From positions 754,701 to 818,700 of the forward strand of contig RDEW01000025.1 in NCBI GenBank assembly GCA_011109175.1: a stretch of 64,000 nt of DNA, read 5' to 3'. This DNA is from Dicyema japonicum (Eukaryota; Animalia; Dicyemida). The notes beneath the pieces were generated by a model. That model ran no database searches and was not told the origin of the DNA. It saw only the letters and a list, made by a program, of their open reading frames with translations. Shown here piece after piece: positions 1 through 12,340 of this stretch (within the stretch, counting starts at the first letter, position 1; every line of letters begins with the position of its first letter). A program made the translations under genes and the position numbers.

Positions 1-170
1 AAGGATGATCTTCACTTCTTTTTTTATTTTTCTTTTTGTGGGTCCTTTTTAAACTATCCAGTTCCGCAGTGAATATCCACACGATGATGCATCGTAGATG
101 CGTGGAACCTTCCACCAGGTGAACAGCAGCGAGAATCGAACCCGTAACCTAACCACTATGCCACCCGGCT
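1..170 (-). mobile_element. tRNA-headed SINE (family A), 5' part, runs off the window edge
   Basis: Reverse complement begins agccgggtggcatagtggttag...ggttcgattctcg (A/B-box-like), and the body matches the copies at 24901, 35699 and 61287. Confidence 0.85.
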
Positions 171-819
171 AACCTAACCCTAGCGATTCGGATGATTAAT
201 TAAAACAGTTTTATAATGTCTTGATTAAAAATATTGTGATTGTTTATTAAGTGTCGTGTTTATTATGATTTTCTAAATTCGATTTTTGAGAAAGAAAGTT
301 TATTTGTAGGTCGTTGAGTTCAATTTTATATCTGAATGCAGCATTCCTTTGGTAACGAGAATAGAGTCATTTTTACTAAAATAATAAGTAAATTAAATAT
401 CCATCATCCGAAGTCCACTTATGACTAACTATCCTCACTTTATTAAGACTTGTTGAATTCAGAGGCTTTGTCAACCAACCAATCAAAAGTTATTACTTGT
501 CTTTTCGAGTGGCCTATTGTCAAGATTAGTCAAAGGGAACGGGAAAAGTTTCATAAATCAAAATTTCTTTAATCGTTATGTTAATTTAAACATTGTGTCC
601 CCAAGGGATGATTTATTGTCTATTGGAGACAATAATACTTTCCGAGGTCTTCTTTAGTGGTAATTATTGACTATAAGCATATGTCCTCCCTCTTATATTC
701 AATGAGGTTGCATTTTCTGAAAGTAAAAATGCTGAAAATCATCGACTGCGGCACGAGAATGAAGATCTTGAAGATAATCTCAAAACCAATCTGAAGAAAC
801 AGTAAGTCTCTTTCAGCTA

Positions 820-960
820 TTTTAAAAACCGGCATAGACCTACGCCAGTGAGTCGTGGTCAATAGCCACTTCCAGCTCCTCTCCTAAAACTGTGCGAAAT
901 CCAAAAGATTCATTGGCCAAAACTTTATTTCCACCCCGGAAGCAATTTTAATTGGACGAT
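820..960 (-). pseudogene. Possible tyrosine-recombinase (DIRS/Crypton-like) C-terminal remnant
   Basis: Minus strand 862-897 translates SHSFRRGAGSGY, resembling the HS(F/L)RxGxA catalytic motif. A stop follows and nothing else is clearly recognisable. Confidence 0.3.
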
Positions 961-2754
961 AACGGAAGTTGGTGCAGGCAGCTATTCTCCCTAACAACCC
1001 CCTCTACTAAGCTATGACCAAATACCTTAAAAACTGCCAAAGATACGATACAAATACATGTCCTTTCAGTAGAGCCATCCAAAATTCTCGTCTACGTCTG
1101 ATATAACCTCCCCCATGCCGGTCTGGGTTTATTTAGATAGGTGGGAACTTTCTTATTCTTTTAATCTGGTGATCCTGAGGTAATGTTTTCGTCGGAAGAT
1201 TCCCGTGAAAAGAGTCCAGCTTCTGAGCGTCCGAGTTTCTACAGGATGATCATGGAATTGATGTTTATCGCTCCAATCGCCTGGGGGCAAAGAGTCGACA
1301 CATGTTGGATCCAAAAATTATGATTTCTCTTCTTCGAACTGAAAGATTGTTACTCGATGGCTTTCCGTGTGCCCTTTCCAGATGAGCGGGCTCCACTATA
1401 GAAGAATATCCGGTTCCAAGTGCACGTTTCACATAATTTATGTTAGTGTGCTGCGAAATTCTCCTTTGACTTCTTCTGCAGCGTGATGCTCGTAGTATTA
1501 AAAATTCCCCGTAGAGATCCTTTCTCATCTTCCAAATGCGTGCTGATGTTTCCAATTGGGAAAGCGTTAATCCATGTTCCCCTTCCTTCAGATTTCCCAA
1601 AGATCATGAGGAGCGTATGTGCTGATCGAGATTTTTAAGTAGTCTCAAATTTATCATAAAAATTAAAAAAAAAATTATATTGATCGATTACTCTTGAGCT
1701 AAAATACAAAAAACATAAAATATAAAATAATAGTTTGTTTTAGTTACTTTTCATTTGAAACTTACAGCGGCCTGACTGCGTGGTTTTTTCTGACGAATCA
1801 TTGATTGTTCTTACTGTTTTGATGATTTTCTAAATTTTGATATACCTCAGTAGATTATTTATTCATTTAAAAGTAAAATTTTAAACTGTGACGCCGAATT
1901 AGGAAATGAATGAAATTAAATTTTAAAATACTTATTTTTTGGTAGAATTCAAGGACTAAGGAACAGTTTCCAAAATTGGAAATCGAGATTACACTTTCCG
2001 ACTTTAACATCTTGTTGAAAATTTTGCATCGTGATTATTGAGAAATGAGAGAAATAAATTGAAAGTTTGTGATCAAGGTGATTATTAGGTCAAATTAAGA
2101 CTGTTGGCTAAAAGTCATCAGTAGGCTGATTTTTGGAGTTTAAAAATTCAGAATTCTGACAAAATTGACTTTAAAATTTCAAAATTTTGACCATTAAATG
2201 TCCTTGATTGAAAGAGTAGGTAAAATATAATTGATCGCACGCCAGTTTTCTAATAAATAGAAAATAATAAATTGACTTTATTAACGTAAAAAATTAAATT
2301 TTTACCGACTTTATAACAATATTTTTGATTAAAAAAATACAATTTTATAAATTTAAGCATATCAGGAAAAGCCAATCAGATAAAGGTTCCTCTAAAAGTC
2401 GTCCCCAGTTAAACGGTAGTCACAGTTGCCCCGTTTTGAGTCAAGTCGTCCATTTTAGGTTTCTTTTTTGATATTCAGCAAAATTGTGTTGCGATCACTT
2501 CTTGAATAAGTAACCAGCCAAGACGTTATTGCAGTCAGGAAAGGGGAGCAAAGAGTTATATTCGGCAAAGTTGGAATTTTTTGTCTTTAACTTTCCGGCA
2601 GGAGCCGTGGGCAAGACATATTTCATATCGTGGATAGTTTCATGAAATAATATTGATTGGAGTAAAGTTAGTTCAATACTAATGGAGCTGCTTCCATGTT
2701 TGATTATCAGGTCAAAAGAGTTAATCCTCTTTCCAATTAAATCATTGTGTATAT

Positions 2755-2950
2755 TCTCTTCCAAACATTACCAGAGGAGATGAAGGAAGTTTTTAATCAA
2801 ATTATCAAAATAATTATATCTGAGCACAGTGAAGAACTTTGTTCTAAACACTCAATTTTATTATTAGTAATGAATCCCCAGATATATTTAAAAACTCTCA
2901 ATTTAGTTCTCAACTGGATTATGCCATTAGCTGATGAGACTAATATTTAA
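2755..2950 (+). mobile_element. hAT (Buster/ZBED8-like) transposase fragment
   Basis: QTLPEEMKEVFNQIIKII aligns with KTLADDLKNVMNIIIKTINYI of the hAT copy at about 58250. Confidence 0.5.
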
Positions 2951-3114
2951 CCTAGTGATCTTGCGATAAGGTAACACCTCAAGATTTATCGATAAGTTGG
3001 ACTCAGATTTTTTTTAAAATTAATTTAAATTAGTAAAAACTTAATTGTTTGAAATATTTTTCATTTTCAAATTTATTTATTTTAATAAAATCAAATTATA
3101 ATTTGGACTGAAAT

Positions 3115-5379
3115 TTATGAGCGAAATATCTCAAAAGAAACAAATATACTCCCTGAAAGGAATTGAAGAAAACAAAAAAGAATTGTAAAACAATGGAATC
3201 CGACAACTTTAAGAAAAGTCCGAAAATCCAAGTTAATCCTTAAATAAAAATAATCATAAAAACCAAATAAGAAGATAAGACCCAAATTCATAAAATATTC
3301 TCTTGATTTTCGAAGTGTTGTTTTGGAATATAACTTACCAATTCGATTGGTTTTAAATAAACTCCAATTAATTAGAATTATCACTAAAATATTTATTAAT
3401 AAACAAATAATGACAGGCATGTAAACTCCAAAATACAATGGTAATTGATCTAACCAACATCTACAATAAAAATATAATTAACAATTGTTTTTTGTCGTAA
3501 AACTTCCAATTTATACTTACCACTGCTATTGGTGGAATTAATGGGAGACCTAAATGTTTGATATTCGAATTACCCCAGGCCAGTGGAAAAGTGATTTTGT
3601 TAAAATTTTCAGGAATTCTCTTGAGAACACGAACAAAAAGATAATAGAAAAATGACCCCTCTACTGTCATCCAAGCGAAGGAAGTAAGCATAAAGTAATG
3701 TAGAAAAAATCCAACAAATCCACAACTTTTATTTACTCCATATTTTGTTCCAAATGTAAAAACAATATTCATTAATAACATTGATGTACATAAATTCAAA
3801 AATATAATAAAGGAATATGATTTATTTCCATTTCTTAATATTATTGTAAATATTACTTCCAAGATATCACTGAATATATTATAACAATTAATTCTGCAAT
3901 CATTGATATCCCCAGTCCTACTTGGGTGAAAATTCCCATCCATTCAGGACTCTTTATTTTAGGGTTCTTATTAATTATTTTAAATTTACAAAAAGTATAG
4001 CGAAATTAGTTAAATGTGAACATTTGCAAAAAATTCCTTTTGAGACGATCTTTGTTTTACAGTAATCAGACTTCCACATTTTTGATTCCAAATCCAAATA
4101 TCCGCATTTCGAATTTGAACTAAAATCTTAATTTTCTATAATTTAAAAAAACCTCCTTTAAATAAAATTTCTAAATTCAAGTGCTCAACAGATTCATTAT
4201 TCAACGTAATATCCAGTATTTTTGATACAATTTTATTTTTTTTGTCAATCATTTTGATAAATCTATCTTTCTTCCAAAAAATGAATGATAATTTTGAATT
4301 ATTTTTTCCTTTAAAAAAATTAAATTTAATACCTTTTATTTTATCTTTAATGTCTTTATAGTCCACTTTAATATCAACATTTTCGTTCTTTTCTTCAATG
4401 TCTTTTTTTAAGTCATCTTTTTTAATTGTCAATAATTTGGCATCAAAAGTATCCATTTTGAATGTCAATTTTTTTGAACTTTTGGTTAAATACAAAATAT
4501 TCTTTACGGATTTTATAAAACTTAGTTATAAAATGGTCACAACTTTGTCCCAATATTTTCGACCTGTTTATCAGCGAAGGTCTCTGAATCCTTTACAAAT
4601 TTATCTATTGTTTTGAGGATAGTCTAACAATGTGAAATAATTTACTTTAGTTTGATTTTCACTGGAGGATTTATTCTTTTTGGTAACAGAAGATAAAAAA
4701 TTATTAAGACTTTTCACATACTAATAATATTATATTATCTTTACATTTAATTCGAGAGTAATAAATTCTAGTCCACCTCTATAGTCATAGTCACATGTTA
4801 CCAGATTATTTTCTATAATAAATATTAAACTACTATTTTGTTCATTTTTACAAATTTTTTTTTCCAAATATTTTATATTTTTTAAATTTGTACAACCAAT
4901 TCCGTCACATAAATTTGATTTCATGTGAAAGGTATATTTCGTTTAATCAAATAACCGATTGTTTTGGTACTACAATTTCTCAGATAATCATTATCCCCGT
5001 CGTAGTAACAATTTTCAAAAGATTTTGTAATTCTAAATTATTTAAATTTAAACGATCCATCGTTGTTGTAAACATTGTTACTGTAAACGAAATAGTTGTC
5101 ATTTATATCATCAATCCACTTAATTTTATTCGCGAATGTGATCTTTCCAATCCATCCGTTTTCTATTAATCATTCAAATTTAACCAATTTTATTCCCAAG
5201 TAAATCCTTAGCATCTTTATAATTTTTGTAATTTGTTATCGGTTTGAAGTCTGTTGAATTTATATGACTCATGTATTCCATCCAAGTCACATCCCTCAGT
5301 AAAATATATTCACCTAAAATAAATTTTATTCACAACTAGAATTTTGAATAATCAAAAATTGTATAAATAAAAATAACAT
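3115..5379 (-). CDS. Adhesion GPCR (signal peptide, possible C-type-lectin-like ectodomain, GPS motif, 7TM); multi-exon
   Basis: GPS motif CGYLDLESKMWKSDYC...CKCSHLTNFAILF at about 3990-4110. Class B2 TM motifs CGFVGFFLHYFMLTSFAWMTVEG and FPLAWG. N-terminal hydrophobic MLFLFIQFLIIQNSSC after a 20-nt intron at 5314-5333. Confidence 0.82.
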
Positions 5380-6007
5380 CTGCGCTAATGTTATTAAAAT
5401 CAAAAGTTTTTTATAGTTTGAAAACCACATAAATTTTATGACTTGATGCCAATTGTTGAAAATATTTTAAATAATAGATTTTTTTAGTATTGATTAAATT
5501 CATGTTTTTGAATAATAGCTATATTCTAACCATATATAATGACACGATTTGAAACACCAATATAATAAGCCTTTCCACCGACGACTAGTAACGGTTCCAT
5601 TACTCATCTCAGCTTAAGAACTCACAATTTAAAAAGAACAGTTATGCTTATTACTCCAAAACATCGAAAATGTTTTTATTCTTTGCTTGTGTGTGAATCC
5701 CTGAGACAATCCGATGACGGAGTCACTCATCATGTCCATGTCCTGTAATACCAAGACGGTTAAAATTTCATCATTTTATTAATTTTTTTAAAACAAAAAC
5801 ATTAAGTTTAACTATTGACCCATGCTTGCATAATTTGCGTTGCCTCTCACGATAGAGACAGAAATGGGGAAATTATGATTTTCACTAACATCATGTTTCT
5901 GAGTGTACTTAGACATCACAGTCTTTTGAAGAAAAAAAAGACTTCCTGTCTATAACTTCAGTTGTTTCGACAACTATTGCGAGTATTGCGAGGAGAAAAG
6001 AGTCATA

Positions 6008-6425
6008 GCAAAATATTAACTAGAGTCATAGTTAATATTTGGTTTAATATTGCTGTGAAAGTCGTCTCCACCGAGATTGGTCAGTTATATTACCTAATTT
6101 TAAGATCCACGTGGCGCCATGTGGTGCTGCGTGGTTAATTGGTTGAAGTTTGCTGCTTGTTTGTATGTTCCTCCTCTCTCTTCCTATTAGAGTGGCATCA
6201 TGTGATCCACCTGTTTAGGTGTGGCGCCCAGTGCCAGGGCGGCACGAAAAAGAATCATTTGCTCTCCCCCACTCCACTGGAGGGGTTTCCACGACTGCAT
6301 GTAATGGACGTCTTACCCTTTATGTTGATTCCGGATGGACTCTGTTTCTGTAGGAGTGGAAACTGGATACACTTAATTAGTTGCTTACTTTAACTTCTTT
6401 CTCGGTGAATCCGGGGTTAATAAAT
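6008..6425 (+). mobile_element. Short non-autonomous Vingi-dependent element (family B; core 6104-6425) with a ~100-bp 5' extension
   Basis: Core is homologous to 22519-22839 and 23161-23480 and ends ccggggttaataaata. Candidate 12-bp TSD aaaagagtcata at 5996-6007 and 6426-6437. Confidence 0.8.
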
Positions 6426-6959
6426 AAAAGAGTCATACACGTGACGTTCCATCCAAGTCGCTTCCCCTACTCGAACGGAAAGATTGTAATTTCATAAGGT
6501 CATTTTCAGTCTTCTCAGTTCTAGTATGGAAGGCTATTTTATTGATTGTGGTTGAAATAATTCTAATTATTTTTAGTTATGACAAAGCAAGTTTTTTGGT
6601 CAATAAATTTAATAGTCAAACTTTTACAATAATATAGCCCGTGGCAAATACAAGGAAGATCATACTCACTATCGGAGATAAAACTCACATTTTCTGATTT
6701 TCCGCAGATACCACCCATCAAATGCTTCACAGCTGGATTTCTACTAGTCCCGTAAAAAACCATGGTTCCAACAAACTGCCAAACATGGATCCATTTTGCA
6801 CGCCTTCGTGCGGATATCACATTGCTTCACATGGGCAACTGGTTACATTTTTGTGGTTTTCTATTTTTTAACCTTCAACTAATTTTAATTTATCAAATAA
6901 TTTATTTTTTTGTTGTTTTTCCAAAAAAATATCACGTTCAAAGGACAATATTATTAAAT

Positions 6960-7400
6960 TAACTATTTAAGTCTTGCATTCCCACAGTCCATATTTCACC
7001 CTTGGAATCTGTTATCTATTAATTTCGAACAATTCTTTCAATCTTCCATTTTATCCAGAGTCGAGCAATTCAAAAGATAAAGATCTTGAGTTTTCAAACT
7101 TCATTTTATAAAGTGGTCGGAAAATTGCAAATTGTTTTAAAAAGCCAATCTACTATATATGTCAATGATCTTTAAAATCTATTTGAAATTTTTATTTACT
7201 GTTGAAAATCTTTTCACATTTATAAGATCTATCTGAAAACGTTCATTTCGACAAGAAGCGGACACATGGTGATTTACATATCCAATCTAAAATTAAAAGA
7301 AATCTTAAACTTTTAGAGGACGCGAAAATTTGCAAACTTCACAATTTCGAATGACTTTTCTGATAATCTCATTCTGAAAATCTAAGCCCGTATTCAAGAG
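6960..7400 (-). mobile_element. Ginger-like DDE integrase fragment (decayed)
   Basis: Near-identical DNA to 28665-28720 (EIIRKVIRNCEVCKFSRPL), then NERFQIDLI and IDIYS. Retains a GT-AG 24-nt intron at 7287-7310. Confidence 0.75.
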
Positions 7401-7599
7401 AACGAATCTCATATGGAAAAATGCTTGATATCCAACTCCCGTTAACTTGGACTTGATTGCTCTTCCTGCCGAGGTTTTTTTCATTTCTGCTGTTTCTGTT
7501 TGACCATGGCTATTGGTTTCTTGTTGTAGGACTGCTTAAATTGTGTTTTAGTTCATTCTGAATTACTATATCCCCCTTCTCTGCATGCCACCCACGTGA

Positions 7600-8850
7600 G
7601 GAAATATTCTCTATTGAAGTTATCCTGTCTCCTTAAGCAGGCATCTCACCTTTGCTCGATATTCGTCCCGAGATCCGACGTATTTTCTGTGTACACGTGT
7701 TACTTTTGGAAACTTTGGAGGTGTTATTAAAGTTCCCGTTCTCATCACGGGTGCCCCGAAAGTGGTCGTATTTCCAAAGACTTTGGGGAATTGGACGTTT
7801 CTACGAAGATTGTATCTCGTCTGAATGCTAAAGTTAGGGTACAAAAAGGATGCGAACGTTTTATTGGAGCACATGCAAGGGGATCGGAAATGACAAACAT
7901 AAAGGGAAACCTAAACTTAGTCTGTGCCACTCAGAAGTGCCAGCCTATTGAACCTGCAGAAGGATTTAAGGATCAGATCCGAAAATACGCTGTTACCTTG
8001 AATCGGCTCTACGAGATCTCCGAAAGTATTACAGCGACGATATTATGGAAATTGTTTACGCCGATGATGTCGGCTTTGTCTTAAGTAACAAAGAAGTACT
8101 TCGACATCTTCTGGAGGTAGCACCAGGCCGCCTGCCAAAATGGTCTCTATCAATGAACAATTCGAAAACGGATATCATCGAGATCAAGCGGATAGAACAA
8201 CGCAGTACCGAAAACTGGAGGAAGACCATAAAGCTTGGCTCATTTCTTGGGGACTCGGAAGACATCGTAAGAAGGATATTTTTATCTACGTTGACCATGC
8301 AAAATCTTATGAAAGTATGGATCCAAAGACGTCTGGCAATCACTTTGCCTCAGGTTGCATGAGGCTTTCGTAAACCGATGGACAAAGGCTCGACTTCTTT
8401 CATAAAAAGCAACTTAGATCTCTCTTGGGACTAAAGTGGCCAATATGTGTAAGGAAAGATGCTCCTTTAGACCTCTGAGCACCCTGATCACGAAGACGCA
8501 CTTGAAACTGTTTGGTCACAATCTAAAAATGGAGAGAGACACACCAGTAAACATCATCATGAAAGAATTATTCGAAACTCTTGGAAAAAGTTCCAAGTCG
8601 TCCACAAACAACGCTTTCCCAAATCCTTAATGGTGACCTGAGACAAGTGAACATAACACGGTGAAGATCGCATCAAACAAGAGATGGTGGGAGAGATCGA
8701 AGATAATGCAGACTCGACACGAATAGAATTATAGCTTGTATATTCTATCTTGTTCCTCATAATAATAGTAACTGGTGAAATGCGCACAGAATCAGTTAAC
8801 CAAAAACCTGATAAGGGTACTGGTTTACTCGAGAATCTGAGACCCATAGT
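7600..8850 (+). mobile_element. RTE-clade LINE remnant, internally deleted/scrambled
   Basis: APE motif LNAKV...FIGAHARG, RT YADD and KLGSFLGD, LFGH. An N-terminal RT piece (ENLRPIVILTS) lies downstream, out of order. Confidence 0.8.
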
Positions 8851-8874
8851 TATACTAACGAGTCTCTAAAACAT

Positions 8875-10280
8875 TATTTATTTTATTTATTTATTTAATT
8901 CCAAGACCACCAAGAAAGATAGGTCAAAACTAACTAATTAGGTGATCCCAGCCTCCAACAACATCGAACTCTCTTCGTCTGGTCTTCTGATGACCCAACC
9001 GCATTCCTGAAACGCCTTCTCTTCCTTCTGCATAGGAATTCAATCGGCGTGCACTTTTTTATAGCTGACCAAAATTCCTCTGCATGGACCATTTTCCTTG
9101 ATGGGTTTTCCAGTTCCTTGTAAAAACGTAAGAAACCCTGGCCATTCTCACGTCGTTTCCTCTGAAAGCAGACTGGGGACGGATGTGGAGTCTGATTGTA
9201 TGTGCCTCATGATCTTCCGTCTGAGAGAATTCACACGCTCTACCCTCGTAGAAGAATGGCGAATCTCCAGGCAGAACAGGCATATTTAATCGTCGGCGCA
9301 ATAACTTGAGATATACTTTGCTGATACAAGCAGTAAGAGGGAAGGGGCTCTTCTTTACGATGGCTTTTAGGACGTTCCATTTTCGAAGACCCTTGGTTAA
9401 TACTTCCTCCGTGTGGCTTGCAAACGTCATCAGAGATCGAAAGTTACTCCAAGGATCTTCTGTATTCGTGTACAAGAGATGGAATGTTTCCGAGGAATAT
9501 CTCAAGTCCACCTTTAAATCTTCTGTCCGTAGTAAATAGCGTGAACTAAGACTTGGATGCAGACACAGACAGCAAATTCATGGATAGCCAGTCACACACC
9601 TAGTTGAAGTGTGACTGAGCCACCGCCACAGCCCTGGAGGGAGATTTGTCCCTTGCAGCGATAATCATGTCGTCGCATAAGGTAAAAGCATGGTGTCCTG
9701 ATCATTGATAGTAGGTAAATCGTATAGAAATAAGTTAAATAAGAGAAAGACAGAGGGGAGCCTTGCGGGACCCATTGGGGAGTAGTCTTGATTTGGAAGT
9801 GGTTTTGTCAATCCGGACCCTTCCGCGTCGCCCAGTTAAGAAATTTTCCAGCCATAGCTTGATGTTCGGATGTAAGTTGGAATTAAAAATCTTTTGCGTT
9901 AGGAGTTTCCTCGAACATAATCAAAGGCCTTCTGTGTATCGATGGATACTAAGGCCGTCCGCAAGTGTGTTCTCATGTTGAAGTCGTCAGTAATAAACTG
10001 GAAGATAGAATCCAAATGAGTCGTTGTAGAAAGGTTTGCCTGAAATCATGTTGAAACTCTGGTAGATGTAGAACAGGAGAGATACGCATTAAGACTAGCT
10101 TTTCCAGCACTTTTGATAAAACACAAGTCATTGAGACGAGGCGGTAAGAAGAGAGAACGTCTTTTGGTTTTCCAGGCTTTAGAAATTATAAGTCGGAGAT
10201 CGATACCGATACATATTGCCGAGTCAAAGTGGATTCAGACGGGGATAGTTTTGGAATCATCGATTGCATATGGCCATGTG
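8875..10280 (-). mobile_element. Ingi/Vingi-like LINE, 5'-truncated, degenerate RT to 3' tail
   Basis: KPGKPKDVLSSYRLVSMTCVLSKVLEKL, PQGSPLS.LLFNLFLYDLP, YADD-equivalent, IAPTIKYACSAW. Ends tttcttggtggtcttggaatt(aaat)n. Confidence 0.82.
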
Positions 10281-10809
10281 CTAAAAAACAAAAAATTATG
10301 TACATATCCCTGGAGTCTACTTGACAAAATAAACTAACGTTTGACATTATTGATGAAAACTATGTAAGGATTATGCGATTTTGTTGGTATTGTCTAAAAG
10401 TTAGTAAAAGTTATTCGAAAGCATTCACGACCGATATTGATACTCCTTTAAATGAATCACTTTCTCCAATACTCTGTAATTCATTTGAAATCAGTTTTGG
10501 GGGGCATTTGAAAAACCTACTCTATATTTCTGATATTTTGAGAAACAAGACGTATATCAAAAAAATGAGCTGAAAAAATGATAATCTTAAGTTATTAAAA
10601 TGCGTTAAGAGAAGTGATCAGTGACAACTTTTGGGCACATTGTACGTATGGATGATGTGGCATCATGCAATCTTAGAGGACTTTTTTCAATAATTTATAA
10701 ACTTATGGGAATCTCGATGATGTTTTTTAAATATCTAATGACCATGGGAAACACAAAACATTACCTTGAACGCAACACCCTGTTATATCATCCCATTTGT
10801 GTCTCACCA

Positions 10810-11020
10810 AGGGTAACCAAACTAACTAACTCCTTGATGCTGACTCGTTCCAGTGTTCCAGAACTTGTCTTTAGGTAACGAAATTGTCCCCCGGGGCAAG
10901 AATAATTGGATCCTTTTGATGCCGGTCAGGCATTGGGCGTCATTCACTAAGGTGGATCCAATGACGCCATCTGATCCAATGAGCCACATAGCACCACGCA
11001 CCACATGCCACCACGTGGCT
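10810..11020 (-). mobile_element. Short non-autonomous element carrying the pseudoknot module (family B-related subfamily)
   Basis: Minus strand: agccacgtggtggcatgtgg head, module ggcgtc-att-ggatcc...gacgcc-ca-atgcc/ggcat-caaaa-ggatcc, and a 3' segment ttagttagttt...cttggtg resembling the end of the 8875 LINE. Confidence 0.7.
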
Positions 11021-11092
11021 GAATCTTAATAATACTTGTCGAGGAAGGTTATACAATAATCTATGTTATAAGTTTTATTTAAACAACAAAAA

Positions 11093-12286
11093 TTAAAATA
11101 TATTAAATCTTTTTAGAATATTTTTAATGTAATATTCACCAGCCTTATAGGAGGACCTAACAAGGGGACCACTTGCTGTGTACAAGAATCCCATATCATC
11201 TCCGACCTTCTTCCAGTACTCAAATTTTTCAGGAGTCACATACTCCTTCACTTTGAGGTGTCGTTTGGTTGGCTGCATGTACTGTCCGAGAGTGAGACAG
11301 TCAACTTTGGCCTTTCTGAGTTCTCCAAATACAACTACAAAAAACCTTCCAGGGTCATCATTATTTGTTTATCTGTCTCCCCCAATCCTAACATCAATGA
11401 AGTCTTGGTAATGAGTGAAGAACGAAAGGATTTAGCCATTTTTTAAAACATTAATTGATTGAGGAAAGTTGGCACGATGATCTCTTACAGAACTATAATT
11501 GTAATTAACAAATACCTTTGTAACTCGGGGACAGTCTCAACATTATGGGCAAAAACATCCAACCCAGACTCCACGACACGCTTTATGCACTCTGAATTAC
11601 CTCCAAAGTCAGGGACCAAACATTCAATGTACACATTAGTCCTACAACTAAGAAATCAAACAGACATTTGCTTAATCTCCTCAATTGTACGAGAAAAATG
11701 AAGACTTCCAAAATCAGGCAAATCTAAAAAAATCAATAGCAAACAAAACCATCTCTATCAACCGAAGTGACCACCACGTAATCAACCCCCCAACTGAGAA
11801 TAGATTGTGCGGTTTTTTTAGGTTCCAATTCGTCAAGTGGGGCAGGTTGGCGATTTGTCTTTACAGAACAAAACTTACAAGCACGTGTGCATTCATTTCC
11901 CATAATCTGACATGATAATTGGAAAAAACCATTATTGTTGCTGTAGAAATCCCACTGTCAGAACCCCAGCATTCTCCAATATTTGGACATCGCGCTTCCT
12001 GGCAGACAGTGCTAAGTCTTTGAGATTCCAAAGACATCTTCATTTTCGAAAAATTTCTTCCTGTAGGAATTGTTGTTTTGAGCCAAGGGGGAAGTCTTAA
12101 TCTGAATGTAAACAAAGTTTAATGCCTATGCCCAGTCCTGGTCTCAACATGATCCACTTTCTTGTTTTTAGCCTCTCTTAAAAAGAAGGAAAGATCTGGC
12201 CCTTGAGGAATACTTCTAAAATAGGCTGTACAAGAGAATGCCCTCTTGAAGAGACAGCAACTAAACTTGTCAAGAAAAAAAGCCAT
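11093..12286 (-). CDS. LIAS: Lipoyl synthase, mitochondrial (radical SAM); multi-exon
   Basis: [40 protein letters not shown]|[55 protein letters not shown]. Confidence 0.96.
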
Positions 12287-12340
12287 TTACCAAAAATAAT
12301 TTAAAATTTAATAAAATGTTGAAATTAATAAAATAATTTG

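Noticed and set aside
6563-6820. 85-aa minus-strand ORF (ARRRAKWIHVWQF...)
   Set aside because: No recognisable family, no supporting splice structure, and it sits between TE fragments.
8987-9013. CTGATGA...GAAAC hammerhead-like spacing
   Set aside because: The intervening bases do not form stem II (no R10.1-Y11.1 pair), and it lies antisense within a LINE.
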